From Polyangia bacterium (GTDB lineage Bacteria > Myxococcota_A > Polyangia > Fen-1088): a stretch of DNA of 64,000 bases. Positions 25,095 to 36,749 of the stretch are shown here, piece by piece. The stretch covers positions 3,975-67,974 of the forward strand of contig DATJWP010000136.1 of the NCBI GenBank assembly GCA_035578045.1, written 5' to 3'. The notes under the pieces were generated by a model, which was not told where the DNA came from, made no database searches, and worked only from the letters and a program-made list of their open reading frames with translations. Position numbers and translations under genes: made by a program. How positions within the stretch are numbered: the stretch's first letter is position 1; each line of letters starts with the position of its first letter.

Positions 25095-27263
25095 TTACGG
25101 AAAAACGCCCCAGGTGAGCGTGGTCACCAGCATCGCCAGGCGCGCCGTGAGAGCTCCCGAGAGGCCACCGGTCAACCCGCGCGCCGCGGCGGCGACAACC
25201 TGGGCCGCCAGCGCCACGCCCGAGAGGCCACCCAGCAGAGCCAGCGTGGCTGTCCCGACGGCGGTGCTGGCCAGACAGGCGACCGCCCGGCCCCGGGCCG
25301 GACCAAGGCGGCCCGCCATCGCGCGCTCGACGGCCGACTGGAGGACGCCGCGCCAGACGATCTCCTCGCACACCGCCGCGAGACCGGCCGCCAGCCAGAC
25401 CGGAGGCGGCCAGGTCCGCGTCGCAGATGCCGGGGCCAGGAACACCACAAGCGCGCCCGCCCCGGCGCCGAGCGCGAGCGCGGCGCCCCACCCGGCCAGG
25501 CTGAGGGCGCGCCGCCCCCCCGCGCGCCGCAGGAGTCGAACGCCGACCAGGGCGAGCGCCACGCGCAAGGCGAGGCCCAGCGCGCCCACCACCGCGACCG
25601 CCCTCGGGTCACCGCGGGCGGCCGTTGCCCCACGCGCGACGCCCCGGGAGGCCAGCGCCAGCACCAGCGCCAGCGTCGCTCCATCCGCCAGGCGCAGTCG
25701 TGGCATCCGGACGGCCTCCGCGTCGAAGCAGATCTCGGCCCGCGCCACCCCGTCACGCCAGTAGGCGGCCAGGGTGAACAGGTAGAGCACCAGGCCGGCC
25801 GCCCGCGTCGGCCCGTCGCCCGTGAGCACCAGGTTGTAGAGCCCGCCGACCAGCAGGAAGGCGTAGATGGTGGCCGGTCCGACGGCCGGACTCTGGTCGT
25901 CGGACAGATCGGCCCCGCCGCTGGCCATGGCGACCGCCAGGAAGCTCATCGCGGCGGCGCCGCCCGTCACCAGCAGGCCCGCGCCGACCAGGGACGGCCA
26001 GGGGGTGGGCGGCATCAGGAAGGCCAGCGCGGTGAAGGTCACCGCCGCGACGGCGCCGACGATGACGGCCCAGGCGCGGGCCTTGGCGGCCAGCAGGCGC
26101 CCCAGCGCAACCGGCACCGTGCGCAAGATCCAGAAGGCCCGCCGCTCGGCCTGCATGTGCGTGAGCGGCCCCATCGTCGCCATGTACAGGGCCAGCGAGT
26201 ACGAGAGGCAGGAGACGCGCGCCAGCGTCGACGTCGACCAGGTCCAGCCGGCCGCCCCGAAGATCTGAACGCCGACGAAGATCCCCGGCATCGCGATCAG
26301 CACCAGCAGCTGCGTGCGATCCCGGACGATCAGCCGCAGGTCCTTGTTGCCCGCGGTGATCGATCCGGCGCGCGCCGGGACGGCGGCGGCCTCGGCCCAG
26401 GAGGCGCCCGCCTCCTCCCAGCCGCCCAGCCCCGAGCCGCGCGCCACCGCCACCGCGGCGGCCATGGCCGCCAGCGAGGCGAACGCGAGCCAGCCGAACG
26501 CGCCCGCCGCCCGCGCCGGCTCCCCCGCGGCCCAGGCCCCCAACGGCGCCGCGATGAGTCCGCCCGGCGTGAACGGCAGCCAGCGGGCCGGCCCGGCCAG
26601 CCGCACCGCCAGCTCGGCCGGCGCGCGCAGCACGCTGGTGCCGATCGCCCACAACCCCGCCAGCGCCAGCGCCGAGAGCAGGCGCATGCTCACCCAGGCG
26701 GCGCGACGGCGCGGCGCCGGCACCAGGCGGACGATCGCCACCTGCGCCGCGTACGCGGTGACCGACGTCCCGAGCTGCACCACCGCCGAGATGGCGGCGG
26801 CCAGCGCCCAGGCGGCCGCCGGCAGCCGCCAGACCAGCGACGCCGCGAACAGCACCGGGAACAGGAACAGCGCCCCCATCGGATCGGTCACCGCGTCGGC
26901 GATCCCGCGGCCGGCCACCAGGCCGGCCAGCGTCACCGGTCGGGTCAGCAGGAACTCGTTCTCGGGCGAGCCCGCGCGCAGCGCTTCGTTGCTGGCCGCC
27001 TTGGCTGCCCAGCTCGCCAGCGCCAGCAGCCCCGCCACCAGTGACAGCGCCGCCACCTGCTCGCGCGGCCCGACGGTGGCCACCACCACCGCGAACGACT
27101 GCGCGAACAGCCCGACGTAGGCCAGCGCGATGAGCAGCGCGGCGGTCGCGACCAGCACCGGCCCCCGCGCCCGCCCGCGCAGGCCATTGCGAAAGGAACG
27201 CAGCCGCGCGCGCACCAGCAGCCCGGCCAGGCGGGTCGGCCCAATCACGCCGGCGGCGGTCAA
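25095..27263 (-). CDS. Polytopic membrane protein: putative ABC-exporter permease fused to a C-terminal CPBP (CAAX-type) intramembrane protease domain
   Basis: There are many hydrophobic helices. The N-terminus LLVRARLRSFRNGLRG is typical of putative ABC-exporter permeases. The C-terminal region carries the CPBP motif-1 EEIVWRGVLQ. The TTG start overlaps the stop of the ATPase gene (TTGA). Confidence 0.7.
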   Translation of the reverse strand: MTAAGVIGPTRLAGLLVRARLRSFRNGLRGRARGPVLVATAALLIALAYVGLFAQSFAVVVATVGPREQVAALSLVAGLLALASWAAKAASNEALRAGSPENEFLLTRPVTLAGLVAGRGIADAVTDPMGALFLFPVLFAASLVWRLPAAAWALAAAISAVVQLGTSVTAYAAQVAIVRLVPAPRRRAAWVSMRLLSALALAGLWAIGTSVLRAPAELAVRLAGPARWLPFTPGGLIAAPLGAWAAGEPARAAGAFGWLAFASLAAMAAAVAVARGSGLGGWEEAGASWAEAAAVPARAGSITAGNKDLRLIVRDRTQLLVLIAMPGIFVGVQIFGAAGWTWSTSTLARVSCLSYSLALYMATMGPLTHMQAERRAFWILRTVPVALGRLLAAKARAWAVIVGAVAAVTFTALAFLMPPTPWPSLVGAGLLVTGGAAAMSFLAVAMASGGADLSDDQSPAVGPATIYAFLLVGGLYNLVLTGDGPTRAAGLVLYLFTLAAYWRDGVARAEICFDAEAVRMPRLRLADGATLALVLALASRGVARGATAARGDPRAVAVVGALGLALRVALALVGVRLLRRAGGRRALSLAGWGAALALGAGAGALVVFLAPASATRTWPPPVWLAAGLAAVCEEIVWRGVLQSAVERAMAGRLGPARGRAVACLASTAVGTATLALLGGLSGVALAAQVVAAAARGLTGGLSGALTARLAMLVTTLTWGVFP

Positions 27264-27984
27264 GGCGCCTCGGTCATGCGCAGGAACAGATCCTCCAGCG
27301 TCGTCTCTGGCCCGACGCCGAACCGCGCGCGCAGCTCGGCGGGCGTCGCGACCGCCTGCAGCCGGCCCCGCTGCAGGATCGCGACGCGGTGGCAGAGCCG
27401 CTCGGCCGCGTCGAGCAGGTGGGTCGACAGGAAGATCGTCCGGCCGCCGGCCGCGTACTCGGCGATCGCGTTGCGCATCTGGCGCGCGCCCGCCGGATCC
27501 AGGCCGTTGGTCGGCTCGTCCAGGATCAGGACCCGCGGTTCGTGGATCAGCGCCAGCGCCAGCGCCAGCCGCTTCTTCATGCCCAGCGAGTACGTGACGG
27601 TGTACGCGCCGGCCGCCGCGCCCAGCCCGATCCGCTCGGCCGACGCGTCGGCCCGGCGGCGCGCCTCGGCCGGCGCGAAGCCGTGCAGCCCCGCCACCAG
27701 CTCCAGCGTCTCGACGCCGCTGAGGTAGGGGTAGAGAAAGGGCTCATCGGGCAGGTAGCCGACCTCGCGCTTGAGCGCCACCGCATCGGCGTGGCAATCG
27801 CGTCCCAGGATCGAGGCGCGTCCAGCGGTCGGCCGCAGCAGCCCCATCAGCAGCCGGATGGTGGTCGTCTTGCCGGAGCCGTTGGGCCCCAGGAAACCCA
27901 TCACCTCGCCCGCCTCCACCTTCAACGACAGCTCGTCGACGGCCAGCGTGCCGCCGAACCGCTTGCAGAGCCCGACCGTCTCGA

Positions 27985-27988
<4 letters not shown>
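27260..27988 (-). CDS. ABC transporter ATP-binding protein
   Basis: Walker [11 protein letters not shown], signature YSLGMKKRLALA, Walker B LILDEPTNGLD and an H-loop STHLL. Confidence 0.95.
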
Positions 27989-30783
<2,795 letters not shown>

Positions 30784-30829
30784 GGAAACGCCAGAGTTTA
30801 CGCTAGGTCCAAAAAACTGAGGCAGGTCA

Positions 30830-30856
30830 TGTCGAGAACCAGCCCCCGGCTCCGAC
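30830..30856 (+). promoter_or_regulatory. ECF-type promoter candidate TGTCGA-17 nt-CGAC upstream of the YciI/ECF sigma operon
   Basis: TGTCGA lies at 30830-30835 and CGAC at 30853-30856. As I recall, ECF42-group sigma factors, which are linked to DGPF/YciI genes, use a TGTCGA -35 box and a CG(A/T)C -10 box. This is a recollection and was not verified here. Confidence 0.3.
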
Positions 30857-30886
30857 CTGGGGTTGAAACCCCAAACCGAGGAGCCG
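30847..30886 (+). promoter_or_regulatory. Nested hairpin immediately upstream of the yciI-like start codon
   Basis: The outer stem is CGGCTCC (30847-53) / GGAGCCG (30880-86). The inner stem is GGGGTT / AACCCC with a 4-nt loop around 30859-30872. It ends 4 nt before ATG 30891 and would sequester the GAGGAG Shine-Dalgarno. Confidence 0.35.
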
Positions 30887-30890
30887 AACC

Positions 30891-31286
30891 ATGAAGTACA
30901 TGATGATGATGAACGTTCCGGGCGGACCCTACCGCATCACCGACTGGCCGCGTGAGGCCTTTCAGGCGCACATCGCGTTCATGCAACGCTTCGCGCAGAA
31001 GCTGAGCGCGGCCGGCGAGCTGGTGGGGGCCGAGGGGCTGAGCGGCCCCGACCAGGCCAAGCTGGTGCGCGCCGGCGACAAGGGCCAGCCCGTCACCGAC
31101 GGCGTCTTCCCCGAGTCCAAGGAGTTCCTGGCCGGCTTCTGGATCATCGACGTCGAGGGGCCCGAGCGCGCCTACGCGCTGGCGGCCGAGGTCAGCGCGG
31201 CGCCCGGACCGAACGGCAAGCCGCTGAACATGGGGATCGAGGTGCGCCCGGTGATGAGTGGGCCGCCGCCCGCCGAGAACCTGTGA
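30891..31286 (+). CDS. YciI/DGPF-family protein
   Basis: MKYMMMMNVPGG...FMQRFAQKLSAAGELVGAEGL...GQPVTDGVFPESKEFLAGFWIIDVEG is the typical YciI-like pattern. Confidence 0.85.
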   Translation: MKYMMMMNVPGGPYRITDWPREAFQAHIAFMQRFAQKLSAAGELVGAEGLSGPDQAKLVRAGDKGQPVTDGVFPESKEFLAGFWIIDVEGPERAYALAAEVSAAPGPNGKPLNMGIEVRPVMSGPPPAENL

Positions 31287-32548
31287 CGGGGACGGAGCTC
31301 ACCGCCGCCGACCAGCGCCTCCTGCGCGACCAGGCGCCGGGGGTGCTGGCGGCGGTCCTGCGCCGCTACCGCGACTTCGCGGCGGCCGAGGACGCCGTGC
31401 AAGAGGCGCTGCTGGCGGCGGCTCAGCAGTGGCCTCGGTACGGGCGGCCCGACGATCCGCGCGCCTGGTTGATCCGCGTCGCTTCGCGCCGCTGGGCCGA
31501 CGAGCAGCGCGCCGCGGTGGCGCGGAGGCGGCGCGAGGAGCTCGTCGCGGAGATCCAGGATGAGCCCGCCCCGCCCCCGCCGACCGAGCGCGACGAGACC
31601 CTGACGTTGCTGTTCATGTGCTGCCACCCAGCCCTGTCACCGTCGTCGCAGGTGGCGCTGACCTTGCGCGCGGTGGGCGGGCTGACGACCGCCGAGATCG
31701 CGAAGGCGTTCCTGGTGCCGGAGGCCACCATGGCGCAGCGGATCAGCCGCGCCAAGGCGACCATCCAGAGCTCGGGCGTGCCGTTCGAGCTCCCCTCGCC
31801 CGGCGAGACAGCGGCCCGGCTGGGGCCCGTGCTTCACGTCGCATACCTGGTGTTCAACGAGGGATACACCGCCAGCGCCGGCCCCGAGCTGCAGCGGCGC
31901 GACCTGGCTGCCGAGGCGCTGCGGCTGGCGCGCATGCTCCGTCGCCTCCTGCCCGACGAGGCCGAGGTGGCGGGGCTGCTGGCCCTGATGCTGCTGACCG
32001 ACGCCCGCCGCGCGGCGCGCACCGGCGCGAACGGCCAGCTCATCCCGCTGGACGAGCAGGATCGGGCCACCTGGGATCGCGCGGAGATCGAGGAGGGGGT
32101 CGCGTTGCTCGGCGCCACGCTGCCGCGCGGCCAGGTCGGTCCGTACCAGCTTCAGGCCGCGATCGCCGCCGTCCACGACGAGGCTCCCACCGCGCAGGCG
32201 ACCGATTGGCCGCAGATCCTGGCGCTCTACACCGTGCTGGCGCGCCTCGGCGACAACCCGATGGTGGCGCTGAACCAGGCGATCGCCCTGGCCATGGTCG
32301 AAGGCCCCGCCGCCGGCTTGCTGCGCCTGAAGGAGCTCGAACGGGATCCCCGCCTCCGCGACCACCACCGCCTGGACGCCGTCCGCGCGCACCTGCTCGA
32401 GCGCGCGGGCGACCATGCGGGCGCGGTTGCCAGTTACGCGCGGGCCGCCGGTCACACGGCCAGCCTTCCCGAACGCAACTATCTTCTCGACCGCGCCCTG
32501 CGCCTGACCCCTCCCCGACCTTCCCCGTTCCGCGGGGAGGGAACCTGA
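31283..32548 (+). CDS. ECF-type sigma-70 family factor with long C-terminal helical (TPR-like) extension, ECF42-like
   Basis: Region 2 (DAVQEALLAAAQQWPR...PRAWLIRVASRRWADE), region 4 (LTLRAVGGLTTAEIAKAFLVPEATMAQRISRAK) and a helical tail of about 230 aa. GTGA coupling to the yciI-like gene. No anti-sigma gene is adjacent. Confidence 0.85.
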   Translation: MTGTELTAADQRLLRDQAPGVLAAVLRRYRDFAAAEDAVQEALLAAAQQWPRYGRPDDPRAWLIRVASRRWADEQRAAVARRRREELVAEIQDEPAPPPPTERDETLTLLFMCCHPALSPSSQVALTLRAVGGLTTAEIAKAFLVPEATMAQRISRAKATIQSSGVPFELPSPGETAARLGPVLHVAYLVFNEGYTASAGPELQRRDLAAEALRLARMLRRLLPDEAEVAGLLALMLLTDARRAARTGANGQLIPLDEQDRATWDRAEIEEGVALLGATLPRGQVGPYQLQAAIAAVHDEAPTAQATDWPQILALYTVLARLGDNPMVALNQAIALAMVEGPAAGLLRLKELERDPRLRDHHRLDAVRAHLLERAGDHAGAVASYARAAGHTASLPERNYLLDRALRLTPPRPSPFRGEGT

Positions 32549-32570
32549 TCCGGCTCCGCCTCCGGGGTCC

Positions 32571-32598
32571 GAGGCCTGAGGCCTGAGGCCCGAGGCCC
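32571..32598. repeat. Tandem heptamer (GAGGCCY)x4 followed by CTCTTTTCTTCC
   Basis: GAGGCCT GAGGCCT GAGGCCC GAGGCCC was read directly. It lies in the 61-nt convergent gap between the sigma gene and the GltJ-like gene. Self-complementary GGCC/AGGCCT cores allow several hairpins, so it may act as a plus-strand terminator. Confidence 0.6.
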
Positions 32599-32609
32599 CT
32601 CTTTTCTTC

Positions 32610-34493
32610 CTACTCGTTGCCCTGGAAGACGTAGACGAACTGGGTGCCGTACTCTTCGCCGGCTGGCGGGAAGGCCCAGCGGCCGACCACCTCTTTGATA
32701 CACGGGTCGAGCGACCGGAACTGGGTCGGGCCGTCGACGCCGGTGTGCTTCACGCGGCCCGAGATGCCGATGTTCACGGTCACGGTGATCTTGCCGTGGG
32801 TCAGGCTGCTGTCCCGGAGCAGCGCGCGCTGGTAGCAGTTCTTGATGCCGCTGCGGTTGTTGTTGATGACCCGCGAGATCTCGGCCTGTGACGGCGGTGG
32901 CCGCGGCGCCGAGGTCTGCGGCGAGATCTTCATGTCGCTGCCGCCGCGGTACTTGGCGTTGGCGTCCTCGGCCGGCGGTGGCGGGCCCCCCTGCGCGAAC
33001 GTCGACGGCGGCGGAGACGTCGGTCCCCCCGGCGACGGCCGGCCGTGCGAGGCCTGGCCGTGGTGGCCGCGGCTGTGCGCGCTGGTCGCCGGCTCCGGCC
33101 CGCGCTCGGTCGGCTGCTCAGGAGCCGGGGGAGCAGTTCCGGGGGTGGTGGGCGCCGCGGCCATCGGGTTGTCGACCAGCTGGGCCAGCGGATCGGTGGT
33201 GGCCGCCTTGCTCGCCACCGGCGGCGGCACGATGGGCTTCGGCTTCTTCATCAGGAAGAACATCGCCACCACCACGGCCGCGCCGACGACGCTCAAAAGG
33301 ACGAACAGGGTCCGCGTGTTCTTCTGGCGGGAGGCCGCCGGCTCGGCGACGCTCGGCTGCCAGCCGACCACCGCTTCGGACGACATCAGCCGCGGGGTGT
33401 CCGCCGCCGCTCCGCCGGCGTCCGGCGTCAGGTTCAGGATGTTCAGCCCGTCGGAACGGTCGGCCGTCGAGGCCCCGTTCGACAGCGCGTGGGCGCCATT
33501 GGGTTCGTGGCCCACGCCGTTCGTGCCCAGGCCGTGGTGATTGGCCGCGCTGGGCCCGGGCGTCTCGAGCAGGCTGGCCGAGTCCTTCGCCGGATGAGAC
33601 GCCCCGCCTCGCGGGGGCTCGGCCACGGTCTCGCCGTAAGAAAGGTCGATCTCCGGCTCGTCGCTGGCGACGGACGGCGCCGCGGGCGCGGCCGCGAGAC
33701 CCGCCGGGCGAGGGACCGGGCCCGTCGGGCTGCGCCGCCCGCTGCTCGCCGGCGGCGGCAGCTTGGCGCCCAAGCCCGAGCCGCTGGGCGGCGGGATCGT
33801 GGCGTGAGCGCCGGTGTGCCGCGCAGGCGCGGCAACCGGAACGGGCGCGGGCGCCGCAGCCACGGGGATCGCGGCGCCGGTCGGCCGGCGCGGCGCGCCC
33901 GGGAACGGCGGCGGAACCGGCGGCGCGGCCGGCAGCGGCGGCATCGGCGGGATCGGCACCGGGGGGCGCCGCCGGGCGTGCAGCTCGTTCGCCAGCGCGG
34001 GAACCTCCATCGGCGGCTTCCAGGCGCCCAGGCGCTCGCTCCAGACGTGGATGTCCGCGTCCTTGGGCAGCGGCGCGATGTGATCGATGAGCTGCTTGCG
34101 CGAGAACGGCCCCGTCCGGTTGCCGTCCAGCGCCATGTACCAGGTGACGCCCTCGTCCGGCGGCGGGACGGGGGGCCGAGCGGCGGCCCGGCGTTCGATC
34201 GGCGGCGCCCCCATCGGGGTGGGCGGCCGCGCGGTCGCGCTGGGGGCTCGCCCAGCCTGCTCAGCCAGAGGCGGTGAGACGATCGTCGATCGCGCCGGCG
34301 ATCCGCTCGAGGTGGCCGCGGGGGCAGCGCCGCCGACCGGGGACGCGGGCGCCGAAGCACGGCGCGCGGCACCTTCTTCGCGAACCGTGATGATGTTCGC
34401 GCAGGACTTGCACCGGACCTTGAGGATCTTGCCGCGGACCTTCTCGTCCGCGATGGAGTACTTGGTCTGGCAGCGATCGCAGACGAATTTCAT
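32610..34493 (-). CDS. GltJ/AgmX-like protein: N-terminal zinc ribbon + GYF domain, Pro-rich linker, one TM helix, AgmX/PglI-type (TonB-C-like) C-terminal domain
   Basis: Zinc ribbon MKFVCDRCQTKYSIADEKVRGKILKVRCKSCANIITV. GYF-like WYMALDGNRTGPFSRKQLIDHI...IHVWSERLGAWKP. TM helix LFVLLSVVGAAVVVAMFFLM. C-terminus ISRVINNNRSGIKNCYQRALLRDSSLTHGKITVTVNI...WAFPP. Confidence 0.8.
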   Translation of the reverse strand: MKFVCDRCQTKYSIADEKVRGKILKVRCKSCANIITVREEGAARRASAPASPVGGAAPAATSSGSPARSTIVSPPLAEQAGRAPSATARPPTPMGAPPIERRAAARPPVPPPDEGVTWYMALDGNRTGPFSRKQLIDHIAPLPKDADIHVWSERLGAWKPPMEVPALANELHARRRPPVPIPPMPPLPAAPPVPPPFPGAPRRPTGAAIPVAAAPAPVPVAAPARHTGAHATIPPPSGSGLGAKLPPPASSGRRSPTGPVPRPAGLAAAPAAPSVASDEPEIDLSYGETVAEPPRGGASHPAKDSASLLETPGPSAANHHGLGTNGVGHEPNGAHALSNGASTADRSDGLNILNLTPDAGGAAADTPRLMSSEAVVGWQPSVAEPAASRQKNTRTLFVLLSVVGAAVVVAMFFLMKKPKPIVPPPVASKAATTDPLAQLVDNPMAAAPTTPGTAPPAPEQPTERGPEPATSAHSRGHHGQASHGRPSPGGPTSPPPSTFAQGGPPPPAEDANAKYRGGSDMKISPQTSAPRPPPSQAEISRVINNNRSGIKNCYQRALLRDSSLTHGKITVTVNIGISGRVKHTGVDGPTQFRSLDPCIKEVVGRWAFPPAGEEYGTQFVYVFQGNE

Positions 34494-34552
34494 GGGTCTT
34501 CAGCGCTTCGCGCCGCCGCGGCCTTTTCGGCCCGAGCCGGTGGGGGAAATTA

Positions 34553-35884
34553 TCATCGAAGTGTCAGGATTACCATCGTCGCGATCCCGACCGCGATGAA
34601 GGCGGCAATCGCGATCCAGGCCCCCCGGGACCAGGAGGCGGGACCGTTGACGATCTCCCTCGGTGGCGCCTGGGCCGCCGCTGCCCGAGGCGTCACGATC
34701 GCGACACCGGCGGACGGGCGCTTTGCAGGTTGTGCCTGCTTCGCAGATTGTGCCTTTGGTTGCGCCCTGGCGGCCGCCTGGTTCACCGACGGCTGAGCCG
34801 CCGGTGGTGGCACGATCCGGATGGCCACCCCGCGGGACGGCGTCGATGGCCCCTCGGGCGCGGGCTCCAGCCGCATGCTGGGGGGCGCTCGGCGCTCGAA
34901 GTCCAGCTCTTCCGGCCGCGCGGGCGCGGCCGCCTGGGACCGCCCGTCCTCTTCCGTGCCGAAGAGCTCGTTCATGTACAGCGCCATCCGGCGATTCCCG
35001 CTGCGCATCACGCTGTCGTCCAGGAACTCTTCCAGATCGGCGCGCATCTGGTCGGCGGACTGGTAGCGGTCCTGCGGCCGCTTCTCGAGCGCGCGCATCA
35101 CGATCAGCTCCAGCGCCGGCGGGTAGTCGCGCACGATCGCGGTCGGCGGCGCGATCCGGTCGTTCACGATGCGCTTCATCACCGCCTCGGCCGGACCGCG
35201 GAAGAGCCGCTGGCACAGCGTCAGCTCGTAAAGGATGATGCCGAGCGCGAAGATGTCAGCCCGGTGATCGACGCCGGTCCCCCGCACCTGCTCGGGGGAC
35301 ATGTACGAGGCCTTCCCCGGCAGGATTCCCGACTCCTCGCGGATCTCGTCCTGCGCGCGCGCGATGCCGAAGTCGACGATCTTCGTCTGCCCCTCGTAGC
35401 TGACCAGGATGTTCGTCGGCGAGACGTCGCGGTGAACGATCTTCACGACGCGCCCCTCGGGATCGCGCCGCTCGTGCGCGTAGGCCAGCCCGGCCGCCGC
35501 CTGGCTGACGATGTGGATCGCGTGCTCGAGCGGCAGGTAGCGATCCACCGCCAGCCCCCGCTTCACGATGTCCGCGATCGTCTCGCCGTGGATGTACTCC
35601 ATCGCGATGTACTTGAGGCCCTGCTCTTCGGCGACGTCATACACGTGAACGATCGACGGATGATTCAGCTTGGCGGCCAGTCGCGCCTCGTCCAGAAACA
35701 TGGTCACGACCCGCGGGTTCTGGGCGTACCGGCGTTGCAGGATTTTGAGGACCACCGGTTTCTCGAACCCGCCGACCGACTCCTGGCGCGCGATGTAGAG
35801 CTCGGCCATTCCGCCCGACGCCAGATGGCGGATCACGCCGTAGCGACCGACCTGGTGGCCGACGAGCTCGACGGGATTCGCCAT
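34553..35884 (-). CDS. Tail-anchored Ser/Thr protein kinase
   Basis: Canonical Hanks motifs: GGMAELY, VVLKIL, HRDVSPTNIL, DFGIA, YMSPE. A Pro/Ala/Gln-rich linker leads to a C-terminal TM helix AWIAIAAFIAVGIATMVIL. The start is ATG 35884, while the track start is 35905. Confidence 0.9.
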   Translation of the reverse strand: MANPVELVGHQVGRYGVIRHLASGGMAELYIARQESVGGFEKPVVLKILQRRYAQNPRVVTMFLDEARLAAKLNHPSIVHVYDVAEEQGLKYIAMEYIHGETIADIVKRGLAVDRYLPLEHAIHIVSQAAAGLAYAHERRDPEGRVVKIVHRDVSPTNILVSYEGQTKIVDFGIARAQDEIREESGILPGKASYMSPEQVRGTGVDHRADIFALGIILYELTLCQRLFRGPAEAVMKRIVNDRIAPPTAIVRDYPPALELIVMRALEKRPQDRYQSADQMRADLEEFLDDSVMRSGNRRMALYMNELFGTEEDGRSQAAAPARPEELDFERRAPPSMRLEPAPEGPSTPSRGVAIRIVPPPAAQPSVNQAAARAQPKAQSAKQAQPAKRPSAGVAIVTPRAAAAQAPPREIVNGPASWSRGAWIAIAAFIAVGIATMVILTLR

Positions 35885-35943
35885 GTGCGCGCGAATCCTA
35901 ACCAATATTTCCGGACGCTGCGATTGGAACCTCGGCGAATGAT

Positions 35944-36744
35944 TTGTGTCGCGCGTTGCATTTGGCAGCCACCACGGCTAGGAATGACGCGGCCGTGCAC
36001 ATCGTGCTGCCTCGGGACGTCTCGCTCGACGGACACCTCGTCGACGGCGCCATCGGCTACCTGACCATCGCCACGGGTATCGCATTCGTGGCGGCTCTGG
36101 GGGTCTTCCTGGCGGCCCTGGTCCTGCACCGCGCGCGGGCCGGCCGGACCTGGGGGCAGCACACGCACGGAAACCGGGCGCGCGACCGGGCGCTCACCTT
36201 TGCGATTGCCCTCATCCTGTTCGTGGCCGTCGATGTCACTCTGGCGGTCCGAGCCACCCGCGAGCTGGAAGGGCGCTTCTGGCGGTACCCGGACCACGAC
36301 CCCGCGGCCCTGCGCGTCGAGGTGACCGCCCGCCAGTGGGCCTGGTCCTTCCGCACCGCCGGGCCCGACGGGCGCTTCGGGACACCCGACGATGTGGTCA
36401 CCCTGAACGAGCTGGACGTCCCCGTGGGGCGCCCCGTGTACTTGAAGCTGCGCTCGCGCGACGTGGTCCATTCGCTGTACCTGCCCAGCTACCGGTTCAA
36501 GATCGACGCCATCCCGGGCAGCACCACGCGCGCCTGGTTCCAGGCGGTCGAGGCGGGCCGCACCGAGGTCGGCTGCGCCCAGCACTGCGGGGTCGGCCAC
36601 ACCCGGATGCGTGGCTGGCTGGTGGCCCGCGACCAGGCCGACTACCAGGGCTGGCTGGCCCGCGCCGAGACCGACAGCCGCCTCCGCTTCGACCCCGCGG
36701 CCGGCAGCGCCGCCGACGCCTGGGACTGGGAGACAGGTCTGTGA
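35944..36744 (+). CDS. coxB: Cytochrome c oxidase subunit II (CuA)
   Basis: Two TM helices, DVVHSLYLPSYRFKIDAIPG, and CuA ligands CAQHCGVGHTRM. No fused cytochrome c domain. The start is uncertain: TTG 35944 or GTG 35995. Confidence 0.85.
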   Translation: MCRALHLAATTARNDAAVHIVLPRDVSLDGHLVDGAIGYLTIATGIAFVAALGVFLAALVLHRARAGRTWGQHTHGNRARDRALTFAIALILFVAVDVTLAVRATRELEGRFWRYPDHDPAALRVEVTARQWAWSFRTAGPDGRFGTPDDVVTLNELDVPVGRPVYLKLRSRDVVHSLYLPSYRFKIDAIPGSTTRAWFQAVEAGRTEVGCAQHCGVGHTRMRGWLVARDQADYQGWLARAETDSRLRFDPAAGSAADAWDWETGL

Positions 36745-36749
36745 CGGCC

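Noticed and set aside
32571-32598. Possible CRISPR-like or minisatellite array
   Set aside because: The units are 7 nt and contiguous with no spacers, there are only four copies, and no cas genes are present. It was kept only as a small tandem repeat and possible terminator.
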